From contig CP091279.1 of NCBI GenBank assembly GCA_021650915.1, positions 990,001-1,022,000 on the forward strand: a stretch of DNA of 32,000 nt, in the 5' to 3' direction. Position 1 is the first letter of the stretch, and the number at the start of each line of letters is the position of its first letter. Position numbers and translations under genes: made by a program. This document shows positions 1 to 11,066 of this stretch, piece after piece. The DNA is from Candidatus Brocadia sp. (lineage in GTDB: Bacteria > Planctomycetota > Brocadiia > Brocadiales > Brocadiaceae). Under the pieces are notes generated by a model. It ran no database searches. It was not told where the DNA came from and saw only the letters and a list, made by a program, of their open reading frames with translations.

Positions 1-710
1 CGGTCTCGGTGCAAAAAGCCAACCGCAGGGTCAAGCCCTACGCCCTCAAGCGCGGAACGCACGTCATGCATCAGGAGGGTATACAAAAAAGAGAGCAGGC
101 AGTTTACCGTATCCAACGGAGGCCTCCTGTTTCTTTCCCGAAAGCGAAAATCGTCTTTCTGTGAAGTAATCAATTGATTAAAGACACCAAAGTATGTGGA
201 TGCGGACTCCCCTTCTATTCCGCGTGAAATATCCAGTGTCAATTCAGCATTTAGCCGCACGATGTAATGGGCAAGCCTCTGAGAAGCCTTTGAAACCGCA
301 TCAGCGTCAATCTTATCCGAATGGTCTCGTAATGCGCGCGAAAGCACCGTGCGACAATTTGCTATTTTACCGGTCAATACGGCACGAGCTATTAATGCAG
401 AGGATTTTGGGTCATCAGCCCTGCGGTACTGCTCGCGCCTCAAAAGCACGTTGCCCGACACCGGGCCCTGCACCTTTGCGAGAAAATCGCCGGTTTCCGT
501 CAAAAAACTGATTGCCACCTCCTTCTCAGCGCAGAATCCCATTAAGTAAGGGCTGCACGAGACCTGGCCAAAACAGACAATCCCGCCGAGGGTATGAACC
601 GGGATGGTCAGTTTCACCTCACCCTCAACCTTCACCACCACCGTCTCACCCTCCTTGGCAAGATACGCCCCCTGCGTTGTGACGAATAATGTGTTCAGGT
701 GTCTTTTCAT
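1..710 (-). CDS. cas1: CRISPR-associated endonuclease Cas1 (type I-C), 5' part; runs off left edge of window
   Basis: Absent from the ORF track because it is open-ended. Manual translation of the minus strand from ATG at 710-708 gives MKRHLNTLFVTTQGAYLAKEGETVVVKVEGEVKLTIPVHTLGGIVCFGQVSCSPYLMGFCAEKEVAISFLTETGDFLAKVQGPVSGNVLLRREQYRRADD...NRRPPLDTVNCLLSFLYTLLMHDVRSALEGVGLDPAVGFLHRD with no stop down to position 1. The pattern is typical of Cas1. ATGA start/stop overlap with the upstream ORF, and it sits in the cas operon. Confidence 0.9.
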   Translation of the reverse strand, partial: MKRHLNTLFVTTQGAYLAKEGETVVVKVEGEVKLTIPVHTLGGIVCFGQVSCSPYLMGFCAEKEVAISFLTETGDFLAKVQGPVSGNVLLRREQYRRADDPKSSALIARAVLTGKIANCRTVLSRALRDHSDKIDADAVSKASQRLAHYIVRLNAELTLDISRGIEGESASTYFGVFNQLITSQKDDFRFRERNRRPPLDTVNCLLSFLYTLLMHDVRSALEGVGLDPAVGFLHRD

Positions 711-1282
711 TCTTTTGTCCTATTCTTTCTTTTTTCAGATCGTGCCCGGTAGAGCCTTTCTGTGAACCCACCCTCTTTCAGAAAGGTCTTTTCCAATGCC
801 CGCAACTGCTGGTCGAGCAGGTAGTTTGTCTGGTGAATCAGGCAGATCATGGTGTTTGCCGCCACTTCCGGAGGCGAAGCCTCCAGATAGGTCTTATAAG
901 TCTCATAAGACCTATTTTTACTATGCGCAAGTTTGCGCACAGCAAGCGCCTGCTCATGCTCTTTTCCCCAGAGAGGCAGCTTGCGCTGCCTCAAATAATC
1001 CTGAAAGTCAAGAAGCAGTTCTTCAAGGCTTGCCCGTGCCACGCCGACAAGCTTTAGTTCGGTTTTTTTAGAAGTGCCTGAAGCCATACTCCCTTCGGCA
1101 ATATTCTGCTTGCCGCTACGCGCCGCCTGCACCATCTGATCGTGGGTGCGGGAACGGCGGTCGATGAATCGGTCGCAGAATACTATTGTAGCATCATAAA
1201 CAATCTCTGACATTTTGTAGGACTGCAGTTCCCGATACCCGCCGTGCGGCGGGATAAGCGGAGATTCTTTATTATCAGTCAT
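707..1282 (-). CDS. Four-helix-bundle protein (23S rRNA intervening-sequence protein / Avd-like family, with C-terminal suffix domain) inserted between cas4 and cas1
   Basis: ORF 707..1303. The preferred start is ATG 1282 (MTDNKESPLIPPHGGYRELQSY...) because GAGGAGG lies 7 nt upstream. Hallmark motifs are FCDRFIDRRSRTHDQMVQAARSGKQNIAEGS and KLVGVARASLEELLLDFQDYLRQR. Overlaps the cas4 end by 8 nt; its TGA overlaps the cas1 ATG (ATGA). Confidence 0.8.
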   Translation of the reverse strand: MTDNKESPLIPPHGGYRELQSYKMSEIVYDATIVFCDRFIDRRSRTHDQMVQAARSGKQNIAEGSMASGTSKKTELKLVGVARASLEELLLDFQDYLRQRKLPLWGKEHEQALAVRKLAHSKNRSYETYKTYLEASPPEVAANTMICLIHQTNYLLDQQLRALEKTFLKEGGFTERLYRARSEKRKNRTKE

Positions 1283-1958
1283 TTTGTGCCTCCTCTTTTG
1301 CATCAGATGCGGAATCCATCGCCCTCATCAGATAATTACTTACCCTGCTGCTCACCTTCGGCATGCACAGATTTAGCAATGAACAGAGTTTGCACTTCTT
1401 TGAATATTCCGCCTTCGGGGTAATACCGGATGCAATGAGTTCATGCACCTTCCTTGAGGCATTCTCTGTCTCAGTCCGCAATGCTTTATCAAAAACCACA
1501 TCCATACGGCGACGGGTTTTGCCATAAAAAATAGCGCCAGATGGAATATTTCCGCCCAACATTTCTTCAAGGCAAATTCCTTGAGCGCAAAGCTGAATTG
1601 CAAAGCTAAGTTCATGACGAAGATATCCTCTTTTATACTCAACAGGGAACGGCAACCATAAACCGGATACGCCTTCAAGTTTAACTCCGCCTGTTGCCGT
1701 CTTATGAAACTCCACCATATCAGCCTTGCCGATGAGTCCAAGAACGAGGGAACGCAGCCAGACACTACGAGCAATCCGCACACTTCCGCGCACCTCCGAA
1801 GCTGATTCATCATCCACTCGTTCATGAAGGATAGAACCCTCAGCGGTCATTACATTGTCTTCCCAGACGCGCTCAATGAAATGCAATGCTGCACGGCGTT
1901 CGCAAAAAGTGAAATCGGATAGCGCGGAGATGGGGATCAAGTCATCTTCTGAATACAT
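1275..1958 (-). CDS. cas4: CRISPR-associated exonuclease Cas4 (RecB-like nuclease with 4-Cys cluster)
   Basis: 227 aa. N-terminal FTFCERR cysteine and C-terminal CKLCSLLNLC cysteines. GKADMVEF and EYKRG nuclease motifs. TAATG overlap with the cas7 stop. Confidence 0.9.
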   Translation of the reverse strand: MYSEDDLIPISALSDFTFCERRAALHFIERVWEDNVMTAEGSILHERVDDESASEVRGSVRIARSVWLRSLVLGLIGKADMVEFHKTATGGVKLEGVSGLWLPFPVEYKRGYLRHELSFAIQLCAQGICLEEMLGGNIPSGAIFYGKTRRRMDVVFDKALRTETENASRKVHELIASGITPKAEYSKKCKLCSLLNLCMPKVSSRVSNYLMRAMDSASDAKEEAQND

Positions 1959-3001
1959 TACGATTTCTCAGGGATTTCCCATATTACTTTTTTGACTGTG
2001 ATTTTATTCCCATCAACTTGTCCAGGAACGCATCCGAAATAGTCATTAATTGAATCAGGATAGTCTTTATTCTTATCCCGCATCTCAACTTTTACCATGT
2101 CGAATAGTTTATGTGCATGTTCATTCCCAAGCGGTCTTGAATGCTGAAAATCAACAAGCCCTACCACTCTCATGCCTGAGCGGTTGGAAGATGGGTCATC
2201 GGTAAACATGTGTGTCATTGCAAAAAGAAAATTATCCAGATCAAAATAAGTAAAGCCGGTTTTTGCAGCGAAGGCAGGAGAAAAATAGATATGCGCTCTA
2301 TAGAGTCCATAGTCAATATTATATTTTCTCCCCATAGTGCGATTGCCGCCAGTCTTCTCATCACCCTCACTTTGCTTTTCCTGTTCCTTTTTCTCTTTTT
2401 CGCTTGTTGAGCAGCAACGAGTAATTGTGGCGTCCAACTGAAGCACCTTATCCAGTGATTCAGCAAATGAGAATTGAATCGGTCCCCGAACCTGTCCGTA
2501 GAAACTGCCTTTAAGAGGCCCTTCCGTAGAAATTACACCGCCGAAAGCACGCAAATCAAAATAGGTTTGACATAAGGCATCTCTATGAGAAATATCCCAA
2601 AACTCATTTCCCTTCTTGAAAGCAGTTTCATTCTGCTTATAAATATCTATGAATATTCTCTTAGCTGAAGCATTTATTGGTGCAGCTTCCATCAACTGCT
2701 GTAGAATCGCATTTTCCTTTATAAAAATATCGTAACCGCTTTCCGGATTGTCTTTTAAATTTCCGTCTGTCTTGTAAAGGCTGAAGAAATTCCTGATTTT
2801 TCTTTTAAGACAGACATCCGTAACCATACCTTTCAAGGTATTCGGCTGGATTCTCGGCATGTTTTCAGCGTCAGGGTCACCGTTGGGATTCGCCTTTTTC
2901 GCATCAAAAAGCAAAACCATGTCATGGCGTTCGGTAACCACACCAGAAGCTACTTTCCCATTCGGCAGTGTTACAATATTGTGATGAAGTTCGTTACTCA
3001 T
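1958..3001 (-). CDS. cas7: Cas7 (Csd2) backbone subunit of type I-C Cascade
   Basis: ORF 1958..3115. Start moved to ATG 3001 (MSNELHHNIV...), which overlaps the cas8c stop by 8 nt. Motifs LLFDAKKANPNGDPD, NRTMGRKYNIDYGLY and DPSSNRSG are typical of Csd2/Cas7. Confidence 0.9.
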   Translation of the reverse strand: MSNELHHNIVTLPNGKVASGVVTERHDMVLLFDAKKANPNGDPDAENMPRIQPNTLKGMVTDVCLKRKIRNFFSLYKTDGNLKDNPESGYDIFIKENAILQQLMEAAPINASAKRIFIDIYKQNETAFKKGNEFWDISHRDALCQTYFDLRAFGGVISTEGPLKGSFYGQVRGPIQFSFAESLDKVLQLDATITRCCSTSEKEKKEQEKQSEGDEKTGGNRTMGRKYNIDYGLYRAHIYFSPAFAAKTGFTYFDLDNFLFAMTHMFTDDPSSNRSGMRVVGLVDFQHSRPLGNEHAHKLFDMVKVEMRDKNKDYPDSINDYFGCVPGQVDGNKITVKKVIWEIPEKS

Positions 3002-3473
3002 TTGATTCCTCCTTTGCATCTTGGTTTGTATCTTCTTTGCCCTTAGTCTCAGGCATTTTCTTGCACCTTTCACGCTCGTAATAAAAACCGATTGCAAAAC
3101 GTCCCTGATCCTCAAGGCTTAACATTCTCGGAAATTCCTGACTTGATGTTTCCTGTAACCTCGCACATAGTCTCGCTAAACCTTCCCAGTCCTCGTCAAC
3201 ACCGTCTTTTCGTTTGTCCTTAGGTATGCCGAACTCAAGATTATAGGCCAGGCCGGGTGGCATTTTTCTAAGATGATGTCTTGCTAAATTACAAAGTCGT
3301 GGGAAAATCATAGCCGGAGTCTTAGAGGCAACAGAATAAACTCTGTTGGCTGGTGAATTGTTTGTCCCTCCGCTTTGCTGATGTGCAACAGAATGAATCT
3401 TGTCCAGCATCGCCAAAAGCCGCCCGCATAAATAACCCGGACTCTTTTCAACATCGTGTCTTTTCTGTTCCAT
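2994..3473 (-). CDS. cas11: Putative Cas11c small subunit translated from an internal start within cas8c
   Basis: In-frame ATG at 3473 (MEQKRHDVEKSPGYLCGRLL..., 159 aa) is preceded by a strong internal SD: the minus strand reads AAAGGAGGAGATACT-ATG. Internal Cas11 translation from cas8 is described for type I-C. Confidence 0.55.
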   Translation of the reverse strand: MEQKRHDVEKSPGYLCGRLLAMLDKIHSVAHQQSGGTNNSPANRVYSVASKTPAMIFPRLCNLARHHLRKMPPGLAYNLEFGIPKDKRKDGVDEDWEGLARLCARLQETSSQEFPRMLSLEDQGRFAIGFYYERERCKKMPETKGKEDTNQDAKEESNE

Positions 3474-4843
3474 AGTATCTCCTCCTTTCGTTGTTTTAAA
3501 AAATAGTTTTATTACTGCCGTTCTTGCAGCCAAACGTTTCTCAAAATCTTTTTCTTCAGCTCCTTTTGCCATTTCTACGCCCTGCCGGATTAATACCGTC
3601 TTAAATAATTTATACGGCACTAGAAAACCAAACAGAGCGGTTTCAAATAAAGATATGTAAGTATTTGGGAGCGGTTTTGCCGGTTGTCCCTTCTTTGGTT
3701 TTCTAACCGTTACGCCAGCAAGTTCAGAAATAGAGAATGTAGTGTCTTCTCCATTTAGAGGCATAACTATCGCTTGAAAATAGGATTTAATCTTTTCTTC
3801 TGCTTCTTTTAAAGTCTCGGTATGCCACGAATAAATTGAAAATCTCCCTCTTTTCGGCGCTAATAAAACAGCATAAAAATTAGATTCCTCAATACTCGGC
3901 TGCCTGTGTCCCCAGATGTTGTTAAAGAAATCTTTGACTTCCAGAGTATCATTTTTTGAAATAAGCGAAACAAAGCCGGTTGAATTGACCGAATCATTAT
4001 TTTTTGCCCAGAAAACCGCTGTAATATCTCCCATGACAATATTGTAATTTTCATCTGCCAACATCCGGTTCAAAGCTGCAGCAGATTTTTCAGCCGTTTC
4101 AATGCGAAGAGGTGTAGTTTGCTTCCCCAGACCATAGGATATAAATGGTTCCTTGTCAAAAGAAGCAAAGGGAATGTTGTTAAACACAACCGGAAAAAAT
4201 TCTGTAAGCTTGCCGCTGTCAGGCAAAATAAAGTCTTTGCCATCGGGTAAAAGCGACAAAACTTCGTTTCTCGTACTTTCAATTTTATGTGCCCACCAAT
4301 CCAAAATATCTTTGTCTAAGAGACCTATTTTCCCATTAACACGGAACGAAATCCTTTCGTATCCATCGCTAAATCTTTTCAGTAATTTATCTCTTCCGTC
4401 TTCCGGTAAATTTGCGACCGGAAACTTTGGCCTCGATTTCAAAAATTGAGTGATTGCATATAGGATATTATTGTTCGGTAACTTCTTCCTGGCTCCAAAC
4501 ATTAATTTCCATGATTCCTTACGTTTCTTGTCATTAATAAGCTGTCCTCCATCTACACCTCTTGGATATAATTCATTCGCTGGGTATGTCAGGAAATCCG
4601 GAAGCCAATTATGCTGATTTGTGCAAACGGATTTAATCTCTCCATTTTCAGCCTGACAATAAAGATTGACAGGCGTTTTATATCGCTTGCCTCTCTCATC
4701 TTTATTTTTCCAACCCGCCGTTGTCGGACTAAAGCTTAAATAATTTCCGTCAACGTCAAGGTCAATGAACCAGTGGACTTTTCTTTCGCGAAATGATTCG
4801 TGGCCGGTCAAGCCGTTATCATCGGCTATTCTTAATAATTCTT

Positions 4844-4850
<7 letters not shown>
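2994..4850 (-). CDS. cas8c: Cas8c (Csd1) large subunit of type I-C Cascade
   Basis: 618 aa. The N-terminus (MLEELLRIADDNGL...FRERKVHWFIDLDVDGNYLSF) and position between cas5 and cas7 fit Csd1. Overlaps the cas5 stop by 7 nt. Confidence 0.9.
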
Positions 4851-7962
<3,112 letters not shown>

Positions 7963-8370
7963 CTATCATCTTGAATACTCCCCCACATTATGCTGTAAAT
8001 CAGTCCAGTAATTTGTGTCTCACGTGCTGAATTGATTGACGAATTTTCTGGAAAGTGCAACAACCTCTTTTAAATGGTAGTCAAGCCTGTGCTTCTAGCC
8101 TTGTGAATTAGCGGAATGGGCGTAAAGTATTTTCACAATATATAACCCCTCAACCACCCGATTAACAAATGGGATTGTGCTTTTTTCAGAAAATAGGAAT
8201 CGAGATTATTTTTAAGATATGCCTACCTTCATTAGTCTCAGGCGGGATTCTACTACAAATTGTATATCCTTACAACAGATATATTCAATCGACAAGGGGT
8301 GGGAAAAGGATTCCTTTTCGGAAGAGGTTTTTGTAAAGTCTATACTCATTGGCATTGCCCACGGTGAGTC

Positions 8371-8403
8371 AGCCCTGTCAGGGTTTGAAGCCCTGACAGG
8401 GTT
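8371..8403. repeat. Two tandem 15-nt near-palindromic units AGCCCTG(T/A)CAGGGTT separated by TGA; can fold as an ~11-bp hairpin
   Basis: Read directly: agccctgtcagggtt-tga-agccctgacagggtt. Lies 98 nt downstream of the 8501 OMP stop (minus sense) and 436 nt upstream of the cas3 ATG. Confidence 0.5.
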
Positions 8404-8500
8404 ACGTATTCCTGGCATGAAACATCACACCACAGGCAAATATCTATGCTCTGTTTTTTTGAAATACCACCTTGCTACTCCATATCAATCATTTGCCGGT

Positions 8501-9547
8501 TTAAAAAGCCCAAACGATAGAGGCCATTGCCCGCCAATCCACTACCTGCTGAATGCCTCTGGCATGCTGGTAGAGGGGTTGCTGAAATTTCAGATCAATA
8601 CTCCCACCCGTCTTCGGCATCCTTATCTGAAGAGAAGGCGTAATTGAAACAGAGGTAATGCCGGTATTGTCGGTGTTATCCAAAAGGGATTCATCCGGTC
8701 TTGAATATCTGTCGTCATGATCGGTGTCCTGCCCTGCATAAAACAGATTGAGCTCCAGGCCGGGGTTTACATAGCTGGTTAGCAGGTATCGGGCGATAAG
8801 GTCGAGTGATACCTTGTCTCCAAATTCATAACCCTCGTCACCTTCTGTCGTCGCATGATACAAAAGATTGGCCTGAAAGACCACAGGGGAAAGCGTGTGG
8901 AGGTAATTGATGAGAAAAAGAGGATCCCACGACCCTGTCCCTGCCTGCATCACGGCATGGGCAAGGTTGCCGGAATCTGTCTCATCGTCATTTTTACCCG
9001 TCGGGAGTTTTAGTCCGATTCCCACGGTTAGCTTTTTTGCTGGGGCATCGGGATTATCCAGATAAGGCTTGTAAAGCCCCATAAGGGTCATGTCTCCAAG
9101 CCCCTCTATGGTATCCATCTCCATGTCCATCCTCATATCCATTCCCATCGGACTCCTCATCACCATTCTCATATCCATGTCGTTTATCACATAGGGAACC
9201 GTAGTCAGAAACTGAAGCCGTTCCGTGACAGAATAGGTGCCTAACACGGTATACTTTTGCATAATCATCCTTGTCGGTATTGCAAAGCTCTTCCCATCCA
9301 TAGGCATCGCCGGCCATTCTGCAGCTACCTGATCCAGCAGGGTATTGTGGCCGATACGGTCGGACCCATCCCGTATTGTCTCCATATTGGTGTATTCATA
9401 CTGAAGTGATAGGCCAAAATTTGATGCCGAGGTAACATGAGAGGTGGCCGCCTCAAAAAGCGTTCTTGAGAGGCAACACTCGCCGTGTGCATAAACAGCA
9501 CGGGAAGTACAGAGGAGAACCAGGATTATTGCGCCAGAAAACTTCAT
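8501..9547 (-). CDS. Outer-membrane beta-barrel protein (MetA-pathway/'transporter' OMP-like) with Met-rich loop
   Basis: 348 aa. Signal peptide MKFSGAIILVLLCTSRAVYA|HGECC. Alternating beta-strand pattern and terminal aromatic ...IVWAF typical of OMPs. Met-rich segment DMDMRMVMRSPMGMDMRMDMEMD (nt 9113-9181). Paralogous to ORF 16980..17999. Confidence 0.7.
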   Translation of the reverse strand: MKFSGAIILVLLCTSRAVYAHGECCLSRTLFEAATSHVTSASNFGLSLQYEYTNMETIRDGSDRIGHNTLLDQVAAEWPAMPMDGKSFAIPTRMIMQKYTVLGTYSVTERLQFLTTVPYVINDMDMRMVMRSPMGMDMRMDMEMDTIEGLGDMTLMGLYKPYLDNPDAPAKKLTVGIGLKLPTGKNDDETDSGNLAHAVMQAGTGSWDPLFLINYLHTLSPVVFQANLLYHATTEGDEGYEFGDKVSLDLIARYLLTSYVNPGLELNLFYAGQDTDHDDRYSRPDESLLDNTDNTGITSVSITPSLQIRMPKTGGSIDLKFQQPLYQHARGIQQVVDWRAMASIVWAF

Positions 9548-9640
9548 AATAACTCCTTAGAAAATTGAATAATGTTCAAATTAAAAAAATTAATTGCTGC
9601 GACGAAATTAGGCCTTCGGCGACCTCGTTTGATGTCACAC

Positions 9641-9715
9641 GTAGGGGCGAAGCATTTGCTGTCCAGGATATAAGATGACATTCAAATTTCATTTCAGCAA
9701 ATGCTTCGCCCCTAC
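9641..9715. repeat. Perfect 21-bp inverted repeat (GTAGGGGCGAAGCATTTGCTG / CAGCAAATGCTTCGCCCCTAC) with 33-nt loop
   Basis: Arms 9641-9661 and 9695-9715 checked base by base. Flanked by AGGCCTTCGGC at 9610-9620 and 9747-9757, and by AAATTCCTATACAT at 9727-9740. These flank motifs recur near 14.8 kb. Confidence 0.85.
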
Positions 9716-10003
9716 AACAAACGTTTAAATTCCTATACATCAAATCAGGCCTTCGGCTGAAATCATGGGAAACGTGACCGCTATGAACGACAGTATCCCG
9801 CCGGAATGAATATACATCCCCTTACCGGCCTTATCTCTTCCCTGAACAGAGAGATGGCTTAGCATAGCGATTGAAAATAGATGCGAGTGATCGGCAGTTT
9901 TGTGTCGGCAATTCGGGTAATAGGGAAACAATCGAGTCGCAATGATTGCTCATACCCGTAATAGCGCTCGTCTGATGCGTCTGCCTTGTCAGGAGTTTTG
10001 GTT

Positions 10004-10438
10004 TTACGCGGAACAACGGGGAGGCTTTTCGGGAGGTGATACCATAGGTTCACCAGGGTAAACTACGGTATCGCTGGTAAGAAAACATAAAAATGTTATT
10101 GAGGAAATCAAACCATCATTGTCCGGAATGAATTTCAGGTCAACGTGCATTATAGTGACTGCATCACTTCCGGATTTACACTGGAGGCTGCTTATGAATG
10201 ATTGAAAGCTGTCTTTCGGGTTTTTTACATCAGATTGAGACGCTGACGCATTCCCCCGCGGCGAACAGCAGCAACGTGCCTTGCAATCAGATTCTGACTT
10301 GCAACCACATGCATGGTCTTTGCAGGGATATTCACCCGATTTCACGGACACATTGAAGGGTATGCCACCGCCACATAAGGTGAGACTGAAAAAAATGAAA
10401 ATTTGAATAGCGGCAAAAACCTTGTTAACCTTGCGCAT
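10004..10438 (-). CDS. Cys-rich secreted/membrane-anchored hypothetical protein (putative metal-binding)
   Basis: ORF 10004..10474. Likely start is MRKVNKVFAAIQIFIFFSLTLCGG (hydrophobic signal/anchor). Cluster CKDHACGCKSESDCKARCCC at nt 10265-10324. No family recognised. Confidence 0.5.
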   Translation of the reverse strand: MRKVNKVFAAIQIFIFFSLTLCGGGIPFNVSVKSGEYPCKDHACGCKSESDCKARCCCSPRGNASASQSDVKNPKDSFQSFISSLQCKSGSDAVTIMHVDLKFIPDNDGLISSITFLCFLTSDTVVYPGEPMVSPPEKPPRCSA

Positions 10439-10762
10439 GGCTGCTCGTGATATCCAGATGAACGTTCGATCCATTCATAAATCAATTGGGCTTCTTTAAG
10501 AATTTTCAGCTTAAAATACTAGCAGATTCAATATTGAAAATCAATTCAGAATACGATGCATGAGAGAGACGAATAAAAGTTTTGATGAAATAAAAACGAA
10601 ACCGGGTATAATAAGCCAGCAGCTATGGATTCGTTATATCGCGTACGCGGAAACAATGGAACTGAGATAAGAGGAATGATGAGGTAAGACCATAGCACGG
10701 TAAGCCCGGAGAGCAAGCGATTACGAAATAAATTGAAAAGAGACACGGAGCTTTCTCAGATT

Positions 10763-11035
10763 GTAACTATTCAGCGAAAATTGCAAGACCGGAAAATCCC
10801 GAAAGGATGCCATGATTATATTTTGTTGTTACGCAAGTATGGTTGACTCCGTAGGGGTAGCATCGTGTCGCTATTGTCCAGATATTTCACCCCTTACGGG
10901 GTTGAATATCGTGGTGCGTTTTTCTATAATCATGACATCCCTTCGGGATTTTTCCCGTTTGTCCGGTTTTCCTATTGGCTACTAACTATTCTGAGACAAT
11001 ATTCTCTGTCATCGTCAGTTTCGCTGAATAGTTAC
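10763..11035. repeat. 273-bp palindromic (MITE-like or structured-leader) element with 17-bp perfect terminal inverted repeats
   Basis: GTAACTATTCAGCGAAA at 10763-10779 versus TTTCGCTGAATAGTTAC at 11019-11035. Inner arms also pair (TATAATCATG[G/A]CATCC[T/C]TTCGGGATTTT). Central hairpin GATATTTCACCCC-TTAC-GGGGTTGAATATC. Ends 31 nt before the antiporter ATG. Confidence 0.6.
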
Positions 11036-11066
11036 TACTTTGTTCTATTATTTTCCTCAGAAACCG

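Noticed and set aside
194-1071. Plus-strand ORFs 194..511, 349..549, 689..1057 and 796..1071
   Set aside because: They lie antisense to the clearly recognisable cas1 and four-helix-bundle genes. Their composition is low-complexity or odd, and no motifs are present. They are treated as shadow ORFs.
3002-3115. Longer N-terminus of cas7 (track start at 3115)
   Set aside because: The extension (MRIRDVLQSVF...) overlaps 120 nt of cas8c and has no Cas7 similarity. ATG 3001 gives the conserved Csd2 N-terminus and a typical 8-nt operon overlap.
8212-8647. ORFs 8212..8418 (-) and 8219..8647 (+) in the cas3-OMP intergenic region
   Set aside because: They are mutually antisense. One overlaps the OMP 3' end. 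There is no SD and no motifs, so the region is more plausibly regulatory or non-coding.
9740-10053. Small ORFs 9740..9931, 9831..10016 and 9859..10053
   Set aside because: They overlap each other in repeat-containing spacer DNA and show no coding signal.
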